From: Paraphysomonas bandaiensis
Lineage: Eukaryota > Protista > Chrysophyceae
NCBI GenBank assembly: GCA_965644295.1
Contig: CBFFRP010000097.1
Location: forward strand, 124,001-188,000
Reading direction: 5' to 3'
DNA: 64,000 nucleotides
Shown: positions 1 to 12,829 of the stretch, piece by piece
How the letters are laid out: the number at the start of each line of letters is the position of its first letter
Position numbering within the stretch: the stretch's first letter is position 1
Notes under the pieces: generated by a model
The model's input: only the letters and a program-made list of their open reading frames with translations
Databases searched by the model: none
What the model was told of the DNA's origin: nothing
Made by a program: the position numbers and the translations under genes

Positions 1-620
1 ACAGGTAGATGTCTAACCAATGTGTCTAGCATTCATCTACTAGCTACTAAGTTGGTGCAGGTTTTTAACGCCTATTGCAAAAAAAAGACTTTCAATAATA
101 TATAAGGTATACGGCTTCGGTGGAATTGTTAACAGAAATGAGTTGACCTAATGACTACTTGCTAGCGATGCAGTGCTACGTTTATTCACGCATGCACGTA
201 AACTTGAGAATAATATAGGGGAACATATGCATAGGGTGCCAGTCGACCTGGTGATCTGCTTCCCAGAGACATACACATGCATGAGTTTGCTGCAAATTAA
301 CAACAAATCTTGAGCATATATAAATTTCACCTAATCTCATAGTTCATTACAGTACCATCTAGTTCTCATTATTTCAATGATCTCGGTGTTAATTTCAAAT
401 TTAAGTTTGGCTTTATTAGGAGCACCTGTTTTACTACGGAATTATTTGACATCAATATACATAAGGTAAAGAGATGACAACCAGCTTTTCTTTCACTTAG
501 GCAAATATGAAACTGGAGTAGGAAATCTAATGCAACCCAATATCCAAACAACAATGATTGGCATATTCTATTATTATTACACGAAAAAGCTACGGTGTGA
601 TTATCTATCGCTTACAACAG

Positions 621-3285
621 TTATTTTTTATCACTTCCGCCTCCCGTAGATGAAGAATTGGCACCACCTTTCTGGTCGCTCGATACTTGGTTCGAGGGCG
701 CCGCTACACCTTGAAGGCTAGGAGCGGTATAGCCTAACGCTGAGGCAGACGAGGAAGGATATTGTACACCCTGCAGTACACCTCCCGACCCTTGCTGATA
801 CATCACTGCCCCACTTGGCTGTGTTCTTTGTTGTTGTTGTTGTTGTTGCTGTTGTTGTTGTTGAGAGTATGGTCTCGCAACGGGCACGGTGTAGTATCCT
901 TGCGGCGTTCCTGCAGGGTACTTTCCATCCAAAGTAGGAGATGCTGAGGAAGCTGGAACGCGCCCTCCTAAGCTATGTTGTTCTACCATTCCCGGATGCG
1001 CACGACTTTGAGGGAATCCCTGTCCCTGACTGACGGGCATCTGATACAGCGCCGAGGGAGGAAATCCACTCATTGGCACCCCCTTCGTACTCCCACCACT
1101 TTGCCCTTGTGGGTTGGTCATTTGGAGATTAGGGAATCCAAATCCCGGGAGTGTCATAGGTATGGGAGGAGCACCATACGGCCGAGCACTAGACGCGTCA
1201 CGTTGCTGTCCCGGAACGGTCGTCGCCCGAGGTGCCGGAACTCCAAGTTGTCCACTCATATACCCTGCTTGTGGAAATTTATACGGACCTGAGTAGTGAT
1301 TTACTTGCCCCTTCTGCTGCTGTGACTGAGAGTGGTGTTGTGGGATCATGGAATGTGGGAGAGATGACTGGAGATGAGTCTGGGCTTGCTGTTGTTGTTG
1401 TTGCTGAAGAGACATAGATTGAGGCCGTTGAGCACGAATCATCTCCGCCAAAGTAGAATGTGAAGATATTGATGTGGCACCGGCGGAAGGACCAGTAGAT
1501 TGGACTGGTGTAACCGATGGTACCTTTGCAGTTGTAGACAAGCGTCTGCTTTGTAATTCACTGCGGGAAGAAATGTTAGCGTCATTCCCTTGACTCAAAC
1601 GAGAGGTGGGATCCTTCTTGCTCAACTGGAAGGCCTTCTCAGCGGCATCAGACGCAAGCATTGCTTGCACAACGGACTTCGAAGGAGGGGCAATACGACG
1701 TGGAACAAAGTACCCAGTAGAATTCCACTCTTCTCGAGCCTGAAACCACTAGTCACATGTCGCATACAAAACACCGGTTGTACAACACACATACCACAAT
1801 ATTGAGGTTAACACTGCACTATAAAATAAAGAATGTACGATCAATGCATTAATGCGGGTAGACTCATACCATTTTAACGATAGCTAGAGCTTCACTCTCC
1901 GTGTCATACCGTCCAATGAAGTATCTCTTCTTTATAGATCCAGACTGCGATCCTTGGGAGGATGCATTTCGTTTGTTGCCTACCGACACCATATTTCCGC
2001 CATCCTGGTCCGATTTTTTCCCAACGCCTCCTGGACTATCAGAATTTCTGATTATTAGCTGAGCGCACCATTTTCCACCCATATTGTGCGTTCCCCCACT
2101 CGCAATAAAGGCCACGGATGCTGGTCCGATCGCTTCGCGAAACACTTCAGTTTCCAACGACGACGGTTGTACACCTAAGTTGTCTGGCGCGGGCGCTATA
2201 CAAATGTAATTAGGTGAGGTTAAATAGATATACTTTATAAAACCTGTATCCTTGGATGGGGCAGGCGTACTGGGAGGAATTGGCCCATCTTCCCAAGAGA
2301 CCTTCATGCCCTGCATTAAACGCTTGACCGCTACGGGTGCTTGAGAGTCAACATAGACCAGCTGCAGAGATTGAGTTGACCCCGCGTGATTCACAACCAC
2401 GTTGAATTTCGCCACGGGTGTCGGTGGGGCTGGAAGTGTCTCCGTGGGGTTACTGATGCTCTTACCCGAGGCTAGATAGTTCGGGGACAAACCCAGAGAT
2501 ACCCCCAGTTCGGCAGCGGAGAGGGTGTGATATGGTCCAAGAGGGCGGAGGAAGCGAACACATCTCGGCGGCTTCGTTGATGTAATGCGACTCGTACAAG
2601 TGTCAAAACTGAAAGATTCGCCTATATCAGTGAGATTCATATCATTTATGCGTAAAATGATATCTCCAGGATACACTATAGTGGACAACAATGAAGTTGC
2701 ATCTACCACAACCAGTGCCCCCATGTGCTTCGTTCCCCCTCCACATGAGTAATATATTGATCGAGGTTTCAGGTTAAGTCCTAATGAATTTTGGTGTGGA
2801 AAGGTGATTTCGTAGCAGAATGACGAAGATGGCGTATAAGACGATTGAATGCGTTTGTTCCATGCCCGAGTGATGGAGGCGCGAGGTGGGGCTCCATCCG
2901 TAGACAGCGGAGAACTCTTAAGTATATCAAACGCCCCACGGGAAATTTGTACAGGTGGTGCACGCAGAGGTAAATATGACTGTTTGTCGGGTACGATATC
3001 CACATAAGTCTGCAGACCGTGTCTATCCTTTACTTTAATATACTCAGATGACTCCTCCATCACCTCATAACTGAAGTTCAGCTCTGAATCAGTCCCATGA
3101 GCACGAATAGACTCCATATCATATGCATAAGCAGCATCATCTCTGTCCTCAAACTCGCCTATAACAAACTCTCGTCCATTACACTCTATTCGAGCAATCC
3201 AAGCAACACCGTTCCTAGATACTCCCCGCAGAGAATGGTTAGTGGATTGAGAGATATTCCCAATAACTCGACCTGTGCTTACCAT
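621..3285 (-). CDS. AP2-domain transcription factor-like protein with central PDZ-like domain and Q/P/G-rich tail (spliced)
   Basis: ORFs 1864-3285 and 621-1670 are joined by GT-AG intron 1869-1740 (..AIVKM|AREEWN..); probable in-frame intron 2243-2196. GVSRNGVAWIARI..IGEFEDRDDAAYAYD is AP2-like; LGLNL..YPGDIILRIND is PDZ-like; KWCAQL...RYFIGRYDTESEA is a second AP2-like half; polyQ tracts. Confidence 0.75.
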
Positions 3286-3370
3286 GCCAAAGACAGGGGT
3301 TCGATATATTACACAGACTGTCAGTGACTGGTATTTAAATTACGCACATATATATATGTACAGCATGTAC

Positions 3371-3430
3371 TGCTATATGCTCCTGTATGCTATATGCTAC
3401 TGTATGCTATATGCTGCTGTATGCTGTATA
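3371..3430. repeat. Short tandem repeat, 17-bp unit CTGTATGCTATATGCTN, about 3.5 copies
   Basis: Units read directly at 3383-3399, 3400-3416 and partial copies on either side, just upstream of the AP2 gene. Confidence 0.8.
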
Positions 3431-3747
3431 CCCATACGAAAAATGCATAAATTACTTGAGCGAAAATAATTATTTATGTTTGTGTTCTTGCATATCCGGA
3501 TATCTACATATATAATATATACCTGTACATGTAACAACCTCTAATGAAAAATCGTACCTAAAAAATTTGTAATTTTCCCATATTCGAGGTTTTAAGCATA
3601 TATATTGCAATATTTTTTTCGTAATAATCGATTTTTTCGTGATTGATAATGGCTGTATGTGTATGTGTATATACTCAGTGTCCACTGTACACTGTGTATC
3701 CTGTCTGTTCCTATACTTATCTCTCTCTATATAAGATATCGCTGTGC

Positions 3748-4027
3748 GTCAGGTCACAGAAGTGGATTACAAGCAAATGGTAATAACCGATAGGTCCAGG
3801 ATGGAAAAATACGTTGGAAATAGTCTGATGCGAATGTTGAACACACCTTGAGCGCATACATAAGCTTTCATACCACGACTCGCGGAGTTTACTGTGTGAC
3901 ATGGAAGCACGTTGAGCGAATCTGTGCAAGACTATAATGTTCATGTATCGAGCATTGGTAGTGTTATGCTACAACAGCCATCGAAATGGAGCCGAAGCTG
4001 TGCGGACTGAAGTTCGTGTGTGCTGAT
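3748..4027 (+). ncRNA. Candidate structured ncRNA of unknown family (~280 nt)
   Basis: Interrupted closing stem gtcag/caca/gaa (3748-3761) with ttc/tgtg/ctgat (4013-4027). Internal stems atgcg/cgcat, gctttcat/atggaagc, aatgttc/gagcatt, gtagtg/tgctac and ccat-cgaa-atgg, with G-U pairs on the + strand. TATATAA at 3728. No credible ORF. Confidence 0.35.
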
Positions 4028-4497
4028 TGATACATCTACATCACAACCAGTTCAAGATTATTCCTAGTATCGATAGCTAATTCTTCTGAAGGGCCATATT
4101 GGTTCTCCGTTTAAGATAAATTATTTTTAAGTTAGTCGAGGGGTACTTGTGCGGATGATGTCACTAATGAAACTGTACTCCCTATATATGTTTCTATCGA
4201 ACCCTCGTGTGTTGTTGTTTACATGTGGAATTCTAAAGAATAATGACTTATAATATTTATGTACAGAAATATTGAATAATGAACAATGTATGACTAGTGT
4301 TAAAAACAAAGACACCGAAAAAGAGTTGAGCGAGCATACACTCAAACGAGTTTATATTGAAGTACTAAATAGTAATAGAACACTCCAGTTGTATAGTTCT
4401 AGTAATGCAGCTTTTAGTAGTTGAATGATATCTCTTATCGCTGCAACGGCGTCGTAATCCTACCGAAGTTTAGAGACTTTAAAACATAATGACATAT

Positions 4498-4710
4498 CCT
4501 CCTGAAGACAGCAGTCTGGTTGCTCACGGTGTTTGCTTTTAGTGATGGGCGAAAGTGGTTGGACCTTGCTTGGTGCTTGTGGTGACGCACAAGCAACTTT
4601 CGTAGCGTTAAATAGTAGGATATCCGGGTTAAGCACTAGTTAGCTAAATTTGCGATGCTACATTAGTTCTGACTCTTACAGGCCTATTACTAATAAAGGA
4701 CATTCACTAT
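4498..4710 (+). repeat. Dispersed repeat family A, copy 1
   Basis: Shares cctgaag..gcgaaagtggttg..cttgtggtgacgcacaag..ggatatc..gttaagcactagtt..ctgactctt..ctaataa..cattcacta with the copies at ~22500 and ~35000. Confidence 0.85.
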
Positions 4711-4900
4711 TAGGATATGTCCATAAAGCGAAATGACTATTACTCCATCTCGAATTTCACATTGCATTGGTATATCCTGGCTCACCAGATAAATGTGAAT
4801 AGAGCATGGATTTTCATCACACGTTGACAAAAGAATACTTGATTTCTTATTGGTGCTTTGCTAAAAGAAAATCTACATCATTCGAAATCATTTTTATCTC

Positions 4901-5368
4901 TTAACATGGCCAAGGAATAAAGTGCGTAGAAAATACAAAACCAAGCACTAACATTGTTATCACCAAAGGACTCAAGAATCCCCATATTGGCCAGAAAGCT
5001 GATATTGAAAAAATTATACAGAGTACTCCAAGCAATGTGGCGGTTGGAATCATACGGGGGCAATAAATATCCCACGACACAGTAACTTTCTGAACCAGAG
5101 GGAGCCATAGCGTCAAATATATCACGATCCCGACATTCGCAAAAAATAGAGCAATTGCTATATTCAAAGAAAACCTATTCACTCGTTCACTGTGGAGCAG
5201 TACATTTATGAAATCTGTATATATAATCACTGCAACAGCTGCAGCAACCCAGAAGAGAGCATGAATTTTAGTTGACACTCTTTCCAATTGCTCGGCCTTC
5301 TCTTTCTTCGACTCTTCTGCGTCGTTTGCCTCGTATTGAGGGACCTTTCTGTATCGCCGTGCCGTCAT
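4901..5368 (-). CDS. TMEM128: Transmembrane protein 128 homolog
   Basis: 155 aa, four TM segments; motifs HALFWV, YLTLWLP, WDIYCPRMIPTAT, AFWPIWGFLSPL are typical of TMEM128. Confidence 0.85.
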   Translation of the reverse strand: MTARRYRKVPQYEANDAEESKKEKAEQLERVSTKIHALFWVAAAVAVIIYTDFINVLLHSERVNRFSLNIAIALFFANVGIVIYLTLWLPLVQKVTVSWDIYCPRMIPTATLLGVLCIIFSISAFWPIWGFLSPLVITMLVLGFVFSTHFIPWPC

Positions 5369-5931
5369 GAGATTGTAGAATAATGGGGATACCTCTGTGG
5401 TTTATGATAAAGCCTGCATAACATTACTGTGATAAGGATTCACTGTACTTTTCAGTGCCCTGGTTAACGTATTTTCATTATGTGATAATTCAGAACGGAG
5501 ATCTAGATATAGAAATAGGGTTTTTTTTGGAAAGCCTCTGTACGTGCAGCAGTGAAAACATAGTGTATTACAATGGAATACCATGGAATACAGTGGTAGC
5601 AGATAGCAGTTAGAGATGTATATACAGTGTATCTACTCTGTATATATATACCGTACAGCATATATGGAGATAGACACGATGCCCCAGTGGGTAGGTATGT
5701 TCATATTAAGTGGTTACTGAATAGATATCTGCTTCTATATATCTTAACATCTCACAGTGGGAACTACTCCTCTTCCCTGTGTTAGATATCACCACTGTCG
5801 ACTCATCTCCCTCTTGTATAGTTATTCACACGATGTGTATATAGGATTCCATATAAGTGTATAGAGCCCCGATCAGACCTCACACTGCTATCTTATCTAA
5901 CACTATATCTGGATAGATATTGATTGAGGTC

Positions 5932-8900
5932 ATGTCACAGGATATGAATGGAGACTTTAAGGATGAAATAATGGAAAAGTTTGATCGAATGGTTGGCGGA
6001 TTCAAAGGCAAGCGACATGCATTCAGTCGACGAACGGAATCGATGCCTATTCCACGTGTAACTGAAAAAGTTTCTGAATCTAGGTATATTGTATGTATTG
6101 TATTATAACTCTCTTGGTCATTGTATTTGTATACGTGTAGCTATTCCCAGGAGGAACTACTATCGCGAATAGAGAATTTGGACCTCAAGGTTAAGCATCG
6201 TGATGCAACTATTGCTAACCTCCGACGAGAGATTGCTATTGAGTTGATGGATATTAAGATGGCTGGTGCCTCAGAAAGTAATCGATTAGAGGCACATCAC
6301 AGGGCGTTAGAACGCATGAAAAAAGACGAAGATCGTATTGCGGCCCTCGAGCAAGATGTCAAAGCGTACAAAGAAATGTGTGAGTCCAAAGATAAAGAAA
6401 TTTTGTCGCTCAATAAACAAATGCTCATGAACTCGAATAAGTACAAGAGCTCAGTAAGGGCACTAGAGGATACAGTACAGGAACATCAGGAGAAACTTCG
6501 CCATGCTATGGGGGAGATTCGCCAGAAAGCAGTATATCTTACTGGAAAGGAGGCTCTTATGGAGCAAATGAACATGAACCTCAAGCGTCAGGAGGAGAAG
6601 TATGCCGAACTAGAGGGAAAGTATAAGGAACTTATGGTACGATATCTATCTGGGGCAGTCTATTTCATTGGTTTTAACTGGTATATATATGCTTTTGAGT
6701 ATAGTATTCACTGCAGAGAAATCAGATATAATGATGTATTCTTTGGAATATAGATACGTTAGTTATGTTAATTTTGGTATGTATAGATGACTTGTTCTGA
6801 ACACGAAGCGAGTACAAATACTCTGCGGGAAGAACTGAATGAAGTAACCGGAATGCTTATCAAGACGAAGGAGGAATTGCAGAGTACCAAGGACTCACTT
6901 ACGGTGGCGTTATTTGAAAGAGACTCTGGACAAACAACTCTGGAGAAATGGAAAAATGAGTATTCAGCGTTGACAGACAGGTGATGTATAAAACCTGTAA
7001 ATGACGTACTGTCATACGTATTTTGTGTGTTGGTATTGTAATTTTACCAGACGTACATTGATTATATTGTGACGTTGATTGCCCACTTAAGTCGCTCGTC
7101 ACACGTGATGTAGATACAAAAAGCTCCGTAATCAATATGAGGAGATGTCTGCCCTCAAGACAGAGGATCGTGAGAGGCGTAGATCTATTGCACGAGAAAA
7201 AAGGCGAGAAAGCCGCCGAATGTCAAAGCGGGCAGTACCTAGTCTCGATAGTGCAGCTATTCCGGAAGGAAATGAAAACGATGAAGAAGGACATGACACT
7301 GATGAAGACACAGCAGGAGAAATAACTCCTGGTGAGACAACAGATAATACGGAAGCAGAACAGAGTGGCTCTCAGCGACATGTGCGCCCGTCATCCGCGT
7401 CGGCCGCTCAGAGACCCATAGTTTACGCGAATGAAACAGGCAGGCGCCCATCTTCTGCCAAAATACCAAGTTCGAGAGCTACTTCACTCATAGCAGGAGA
7501 TACTGATATAATTAATCATACATCACCTTCCCAACCTAATCGCAGGAAATCGTCACGCCGCTCTCCTAGAAAGATCAGTGCTATAGAGCGTTCCAGTACA
7601 TTACCAACACCTGTTGCAGACATTTCATCAAGTGGTAGATCTAGCATCAGTCGGGCATCTAGCATGTGTTCCCCGCAAGAAGAAGCTGTAGATTCCAATA
7701 CCTCATCTACCCGAATATATGAGCGTGTACAGCGTTTGAGAAGAGATGCTGTTGTGGAGTCTGCAGTTGCTTTTACTCCTTCAGGGTGTGTAGAAAAGTC
7801 CATTCAGACGGAAGAAAATTCCAGTGTATTCGATTCACTCCGCGAAAAAATTGAGAACATGGAGCGAAAAGATGTCAAGAAAGACAATTTCTTGGGGACT
7901 TTGGAGACTGAGATAATCAACCTGAAAATGGAAATTGAAAATCAGGTATGGAATATTATATTGAGGCGATTTGATCTAAGATATTATGCGCTTTAGGAAA
8001 AAGTAATTATGAAACAGGCAGAAAGGATTGTCGACCTTGCAATGAAAACAGGTGAAAAAAACGATGATATATTCGAAGAGGGCTCTTATGGATACAAAGT
8101 TCTGGAAAGAGGTGCGATAGCTGCAACCATGCCATTGTTATATTGATGCTTGACACGCACTATAGTTACGAACAAGGTTCAGCATATGAAAGAAAAAGTT
8201 CAAGGAAAGCGAAAATCATCGGTACATGATTTCTATAATCGAATTACAGCTAATAACCATTTAAACAGCTAGATTTAGTGAAGGATGAGAATGCTCTCTT
8301 GCACGAGCAACTGGATGCATTAAAAGAAGAGATATACGCATTGAGAAATTCCCAAGCTGTGGCTGCTTCAACAACCCTGGATACCACAAGTCAACCAGCA
8401 GTAGCGCTCAACAATATAGAGGGGACAGATAAGCCCGCTGAGCTGTGCAGTATAAGTGGTGATATGAACGGTAATATGTTTACTCAATGTCGTTGGTTAT
8501 TAATATATCTTGTCAGGGAACTGTGCTAATTCAACTTCTGCTGGAAGATCAAAGGGGGTAGATGATGATTCCATGGAGCAATCGTTGCAACGCGTGCGCC
8601 GACCCCATGATTGGTCATTAAGTAACGCCTCTCTTACCGAAACAACGGGCACTCAAGTAAGTTAACGTGGAGTTGATATGCTGTTGTATTTAATCAGTTG
8701 TCGACCAGTGCGAGGTTGATGTGCAATCAAGTGGTATGCAGGCGGTTGTGGAATGCACAGATAGCACTATGCAGGTGACAGTAGTGACAGCGTAATAGTT
8801 TGCATATCATAAAGTATGATAGACTAAACCAATCGGACCAATGTACTCGGCGTGTACCTCAGCTGGTGAATCATTTTTAGGGCATATATATAGGTATTTT

Positions 8901-10531
8901 AATCACTCGTTGATTTCTGTATATGACATCTGCATCCGAAATACAATAGGGAAGTCTTGGATTTGAGTAAACGTCATCTCGAGCATTGCGAGCCATTACT
9001 AGCTGAAGCAACTATTGATAGTAAGGAGTGGACTGATGTTTTGCTATCTATAACCGATCCGGGTGTAGTTAGTATGATGAAGTAAGCTTATTGCCTGTAA
9101 TATTTCCCCTAACACTGGTATCTATGCAGGAATGATGATAGAGAACTCGAAAACACATTAAGGACTCTTCAACGAATGATTTTTAGTAGGGAAAGGGACC
9201 TCCTGGCGCATATTGGTACATTTTTTATGATACTGAACACTTTGTTGTTGATAAACATGTTGCGTAGACTACCAACGACGTTGTACTGTTCATGCAAAGA
9301 ATGTTGTCGCATCCATGGCGCAGATGAGAACAGATATTGTAAAGGAGATGAAGTATCGGTAGGTCAATGTAGTATGTTCTACTCTTGTCGGTATTATATA
9401 TCTTTCAATATAATAGTGGCGGAGAATGGAATGGAATCAACAGCAGAACTTTTATCCGCTGTCTGGAGTTGATATTGAGAGCACTCGATAGGAGTTTGTC
9501 TCCACCTCGGAATAATCCTGGCGATGAACGAGAAAAGTAATAAGCAGCATACAGTATAGTATTTACCTGATTGCGATTGATATAATAGGATTGATGAAGA
9601 CGAGGATGATCAAACTTACCCCGGAGTGCAATGTGAGATTAAAAAAATTGATAGACTGACAAAGCACTTTCTTTCTTCGTCTCTTACCAATCATTTAGCC
9701 AACGATGATTGGCTTTTGAGTCTCCAAATAGACCAGAGCTTAAGCAGAGTGCGGTTTGCTCGATGTTCTGATGACGTCAGTTTATCTGCTGGTAGTGATG
9801 ATGAAGCGCCTCGTCGATTGAGATGGTTTGATGAAGAGAAGCTATCGGCTGGAGCTCCACGAGGGTTTATATCGAAGTGGAAAAAATATAACCCTTATCC
9901 TGCGGGTATTCACATTCAGGAAGCTGGCGATATTATTAAGTATGCGGGGCGGCGACCTGGAGGTATGTCATCTCGCAAAAGGCAAATTCAGGGTAGAAAC
10001 AATAAGACTCACTTACCAGTTGCACAAAATCCAGTAGTATGGGCAGATAAAAGGCCAATGTCATTCTCCCACTTCAACGCTATTCGAGAGGAAGAGCCGG
10101 GCACACTCCCTGTAACGGAAGCTGGCGGTGGAGAAAAGTCTACTACACATACTGTAAATATTGCATCTGATCAAGGTTTGCTGACGTATCGACGACTAGA
10201 GGCTAATATCCCCGTGTCAAAAATTCCTCACCCTTCTCCCAGAAGACATCATGTAGAACGCAGCGGACCCGCGGAGCTGGATTCACCCACTCGTGAATAC
10301 GTTGCGCTATCGTCTTCTCCTATTCCCGAAGAGTTAGCCAGACGAGACTTCGAAGAATACGCAGCTGAACAACGACATGACGACGATGAACATGATCCTG
10401 ATAAGACTGATGGTAAAGCGTATATTGGACTGTATGGAAGAAGAATAAGCGCTCATTTAGACGAGCTGTTTCCTAAAGCAATAGGGATAGAGAGTGTTTC
10501 CAGTACTTGTCGTGATCACATCGACACCTAG
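5932..10531 (+). CDS. Large multi-exon coiled-coil / low-complexity protein of unknown function
   Basis: Consecutive + ORFs (5920, 6121, 6787, 7145, 8278, 9626) are separated by short GT..AG introns (e.g. 6083-6140); E/K-rich heptads. Exact start and middle exons uncertain. Confidence 0.65.
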
Positions 10532-11337
10532 GTCTAGATGCCGATGATAATTTATTGTGATGTCTAAGTTGATTATTATTTTTTTGTATATAGTGATTAG
10601 AATGATGTTATAATTAAAGTCTCTCATTGAACAATTTATACTTCGTGATTTTCGTAATACATAGTAAGAGCTATGCAATCCCTATATGCAGTGCCCTTGA
10701 TCAAGCAATGGGTAAAGTCCCAGCAGGTATATTTGTGGTTACCTGATTGTAGTGAAAAGTAACCAAAACATACTTCGACTGATGTTGTAATATTAAATAT
10801 ATCATCTATATAAATTCTCTTTGTTATTTTGATAAATACATCACAAATATGGAACTGTTGAAGAATTAAATCAAAACAACTAGCAATGGATACTATTGCT
10901 GAAAGTGTGCATGATATGCGAGATTTGTACTTTATACCATAACATTGTAGCTAATAGGTGCAGTGTTTAGTGGGTTCCGGTCGTAAAACTAATAAGTATG
11001 ATACTCTTGATTATTGATAGTATGTACTGTCATTTCCAAAATACAAATATACAAAAAGCCACCTTGATAATACTCTATTTGCCTCAGAATAACATTCAAA
11101 ATTAAGAGAGGTAATTATCAATGTACAATCTACAGATGTCAAAGCTACAAAACTACTACAAAAACCCAATTTACAACCTAAATAATATGGAATAGGTAAG
11201 ACCAGCACAAATTGCTTCAATATGGTCACAAAAAGTCATGTACAAATAATCGTAACCGCGCTAGTTGAAATTTGAAATATATGATAAGGTGCGTATCCTT
11301 CTGACATGCATCTCCAGCGTTATGATATGTCCAATTT

Positions 11338-12486
11338 TCAGAGTACTGCTTGTGCACTGCGCTCGACTTCATGGTAAACTTCCCGCTTTCCAGAAATACT
11401 GTTCAATTCATGATTATTTTCATTGTCATTCTGAGGAATTTTCGATCGACGGTCAAAATTTTGAGAATCCATACGCAGAAGTACAATTACGGCTGCAATG
11501 CAGACCAATATGCATCCATATAAGACCTGGAAGGCTATCTGAGCCTCGCGTTTGGCTGGAAGTGTAGTACCGAGCGCAATAGTAACGACAGCAAGGCCAA
11601 TCGCAGCGTACCCGCTGAATTTATGAATGCATTCCCATATGTAGCGTTTTAGAGGCTTAGGGGTGTCGCCTTTCGGTGGATGGGGGCGTAGACATGCGTT
11701 GAGGGGTTGTAATACGCCAAATGACATCACTACCATTCCAAGTATTCCATGTGAAAAAGGAATAGAATTCCCATCCCCTGGACCTGGAGTAAAAACATCA
11801 AAGCAAAATATGGCCACTATCCAGGCGATTGTAGCCAAGAAGAGGCCCAGCATTTGAAAGCGTATGTGGTAGGTAAACCATAAGGAGTCAGGCCTGTGCT
11901 TCAGAAGTCTGGCAGATATCACTCCAGCAGGCAAAAGGATACCCCATGATACCATCATCATAGAACCATGGGCATAGGTGCATGCACTTAAACTGCCAGC
12001 AGTACAGTCAAGACTGTCTGGATCAGGTTCTGTGGCACCACCTGGGCACCCATCGTCTTCTGCGGTCACATTGGTGACGGCCAGAAGAGGTACCTTCCCT
12101 GATCCTACGACTTCACCACGAATAGTTGCACGGTATCCATTGCTCTGACCTCCCCCGGAATCACATGTACCACAGTTTCCTATCTCCCTTGCATGGTCTA
12201 TAACCATGTCGTTACCCGCATTATCAAGTGTATAGGCCCTGCAATAGATGTCATCCCCTTCGTCAGGGTCTTTCAATAACTCAAAACCAGAGCTACGGCA
12301 CTGGCCGACATCCACTAGACAGTGAATAGAGTGTCTGTTGGGATAGCGGAGGGTGTCAAGGGTTGGTTTGTCCAGGAGCGTCCCTCTATCTATACAATAG
12401 ATATCCATAAGATAACCAACCATACATACCTCTGAGGAGTAGTAGAGAGGTACAAGAGAGAGAAGAAGAGAGATAAGAATGGTCAT
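11338..12486 (-). CDS. Cytochrome b561 / ferric-chelate-reductase-like membrane protein with Cys-rich extracellular N-domain
   Basis: Likely start MTILISLLLSL (signal peptide), downstream of the microsatellite. AHGSMMMVSWGILLPAG, WFTYHIRFQ, HGILG, QPLNACLRP, WECIHKFSG give the four heme His of the b561/CYBDOM type. Confidence 0.85.
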   Translation of the reverse strand: MTILISLLLSLVPLYYSSEVCMVGYLMDIYCIDRGTLLDKPTLDTLRYPNRHSIHCLVDVGQCRSSGFELLKDPDEGDDIYCRAYTLDNAGNDMVIDHAREIGNCGTCDSGGGQSNGYRATIRGEVVGSGKVPLLAVTNVTAEDDGCPGGATEPDPDSLDCTAGSLSACTYAHGSMMMVSWGILLPAGVISARLLKHRPDSLWFTYHIRFQMLGLFLATIAWIVAIFCFDVFTPGPGDGNSIPFSHGILGMVVMSFGVLQPLNACLRPHPPKGDTPKPLKRYIWECIHKFSGYAAIGLAVVTIALGTTLPAKREAQIAFQVLYGCILVCIAAVIVLLRMDSQNFDRRSKIPQNDNENNHELNSISGKREVYHEVERSAQAVL

Positions 12487-12534
12487 TGAGGGCGTGTAGG
12501 CATAAGAGTGAGTCTTGTGATGGAATCTCCAAAG

Positions 12535-12795
12535 ATACATACATACATACATACATACATACATACATACATACATACATACATACATACATACATACAT
12601 ACATACATACATACATACATACATACATACATACATACATACATACATACATACATACATACATACATACATACATACATACATACATACATACATACAT
12701 ACATACATACATACATACATACATACATACATACATACATACATACATACATACATACATACATACATACATACATACATACATACATACATACA

Positions 12796-12825
<30 letters not shown>
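12535..12825. repeat. (ATAC)n tetranucleotide microsatellite, ~290 bp
   Basis: Perfect array in the divergent spacer between the cytochrome b561 gene and CFAP54. Confidence 0.98.

Positions 12826-12829
<4 letters not shown>

Noticed and set aside
3548-3559. 12-mer AAAATCGTACCT shared in inverted form with 41888-41899
   Set aside because: Many 12-mer matches are expected by chance in 64 kb of AT-rich DNA.
3828-3975. H/ACA snoRNA reading (ACATAA, AGACTA and ACA boxes)
   Set aside because: Hairpins are too short, pocket-to-box spacing is wrong, and a better 8-bp stem (gctttcat/atggaagc) overlaps one ACA.
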